A DNA stretch of 48,468 bases from Lachnospiraceae bacterium. GTDB lineage: Bacteria > Bacillota > Clostridia > Lachnospirales > Lachnospiraceae. Shown here piece by piece: positions 48,346 to 48,468 of the stretch (the stretch's first letter is position 1; every line of letters begins with the position of its first letter). Below the pieces are notes generated by a model. It saw only the letters and a list, made by a program, of their open reading frames with translations, ran no database searches and had not been told where the DNA came from. A program made the position numbers and the translations under genes. The stretch is from the NCBI GenBank assembly GCA_029098105.1, contig JAQXNR010000033.1:1-48468 (forward strand), in the 5' to 3' direction.

Positions 48346-48468
48346 ATACTTTAATCAACTGTCAAAGATGGGATTTTAGCACAGTTTTACAAAAATCAAA
48401 AGTAAGGAATCCAAGATTTCTTGAGATTTTCACAAAAATATGATATGTTGTTATGAGATTACGTTTAT

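Larger units (their letters stand above)
46412..48372 (+). mobile_element. IS1634-family insertion sequence
   Basis: Imperfect terminal IRs CGGAAGTTTGACAGTTAA and (reverse complement) CCCATCTTTGACAGTTGA flank a DDE transposase. No target duplication is visible. Confidence 0.85.

Overview
Chromosomal window from a low-GC Firmicute, with gene content typical of Lachnospiraceae-like Clostridia (inference). About 1-37.7 kb is housekeeping and accessory content: K+ uptake, a Csp-like subtilase, uppP, an MCP, trxA, trpF, CsoR and DtxR/MntR metalloregulators with visible operators, LysR-metY, an EgsA-like dehydrogenase, a chorismate mutase-ACT protein, rubrerythrin, D-LDH, pfkA, a CAP/LRR surface protein, and two ABC-exporter plus two-component modules. 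The AT-richer right end (~37.8-48.4 kb) is a small defence island: a four-gene Wadjet (type III-like, jetD-A-B-C) operon next to an IS1634-family element. The most unusual signal lies directly upstream of jetD: a consensus-like sigma-A promoter, two degenerate 36-nt tandem repeats resembling ToxI pseudoknots (type III toxin-antitoxin RNA antitoxin), and an intrinsic terminator. This is a toxI cassette layout followed by the Wadjet nuclease gene instead of toxN. Other features missing from the ORF track are a deletion scar joining telA and glnQ remnants, a MITE-like palindrome with a 9-bp flanking duplication, a REP-like tandem insertion that rewrote the end of the DtxR gene, a 45-aa FeoB-associated peptide behind a structured leader, and a hydrolase remnant. 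All calls come from reading the sequence; no searches were run.
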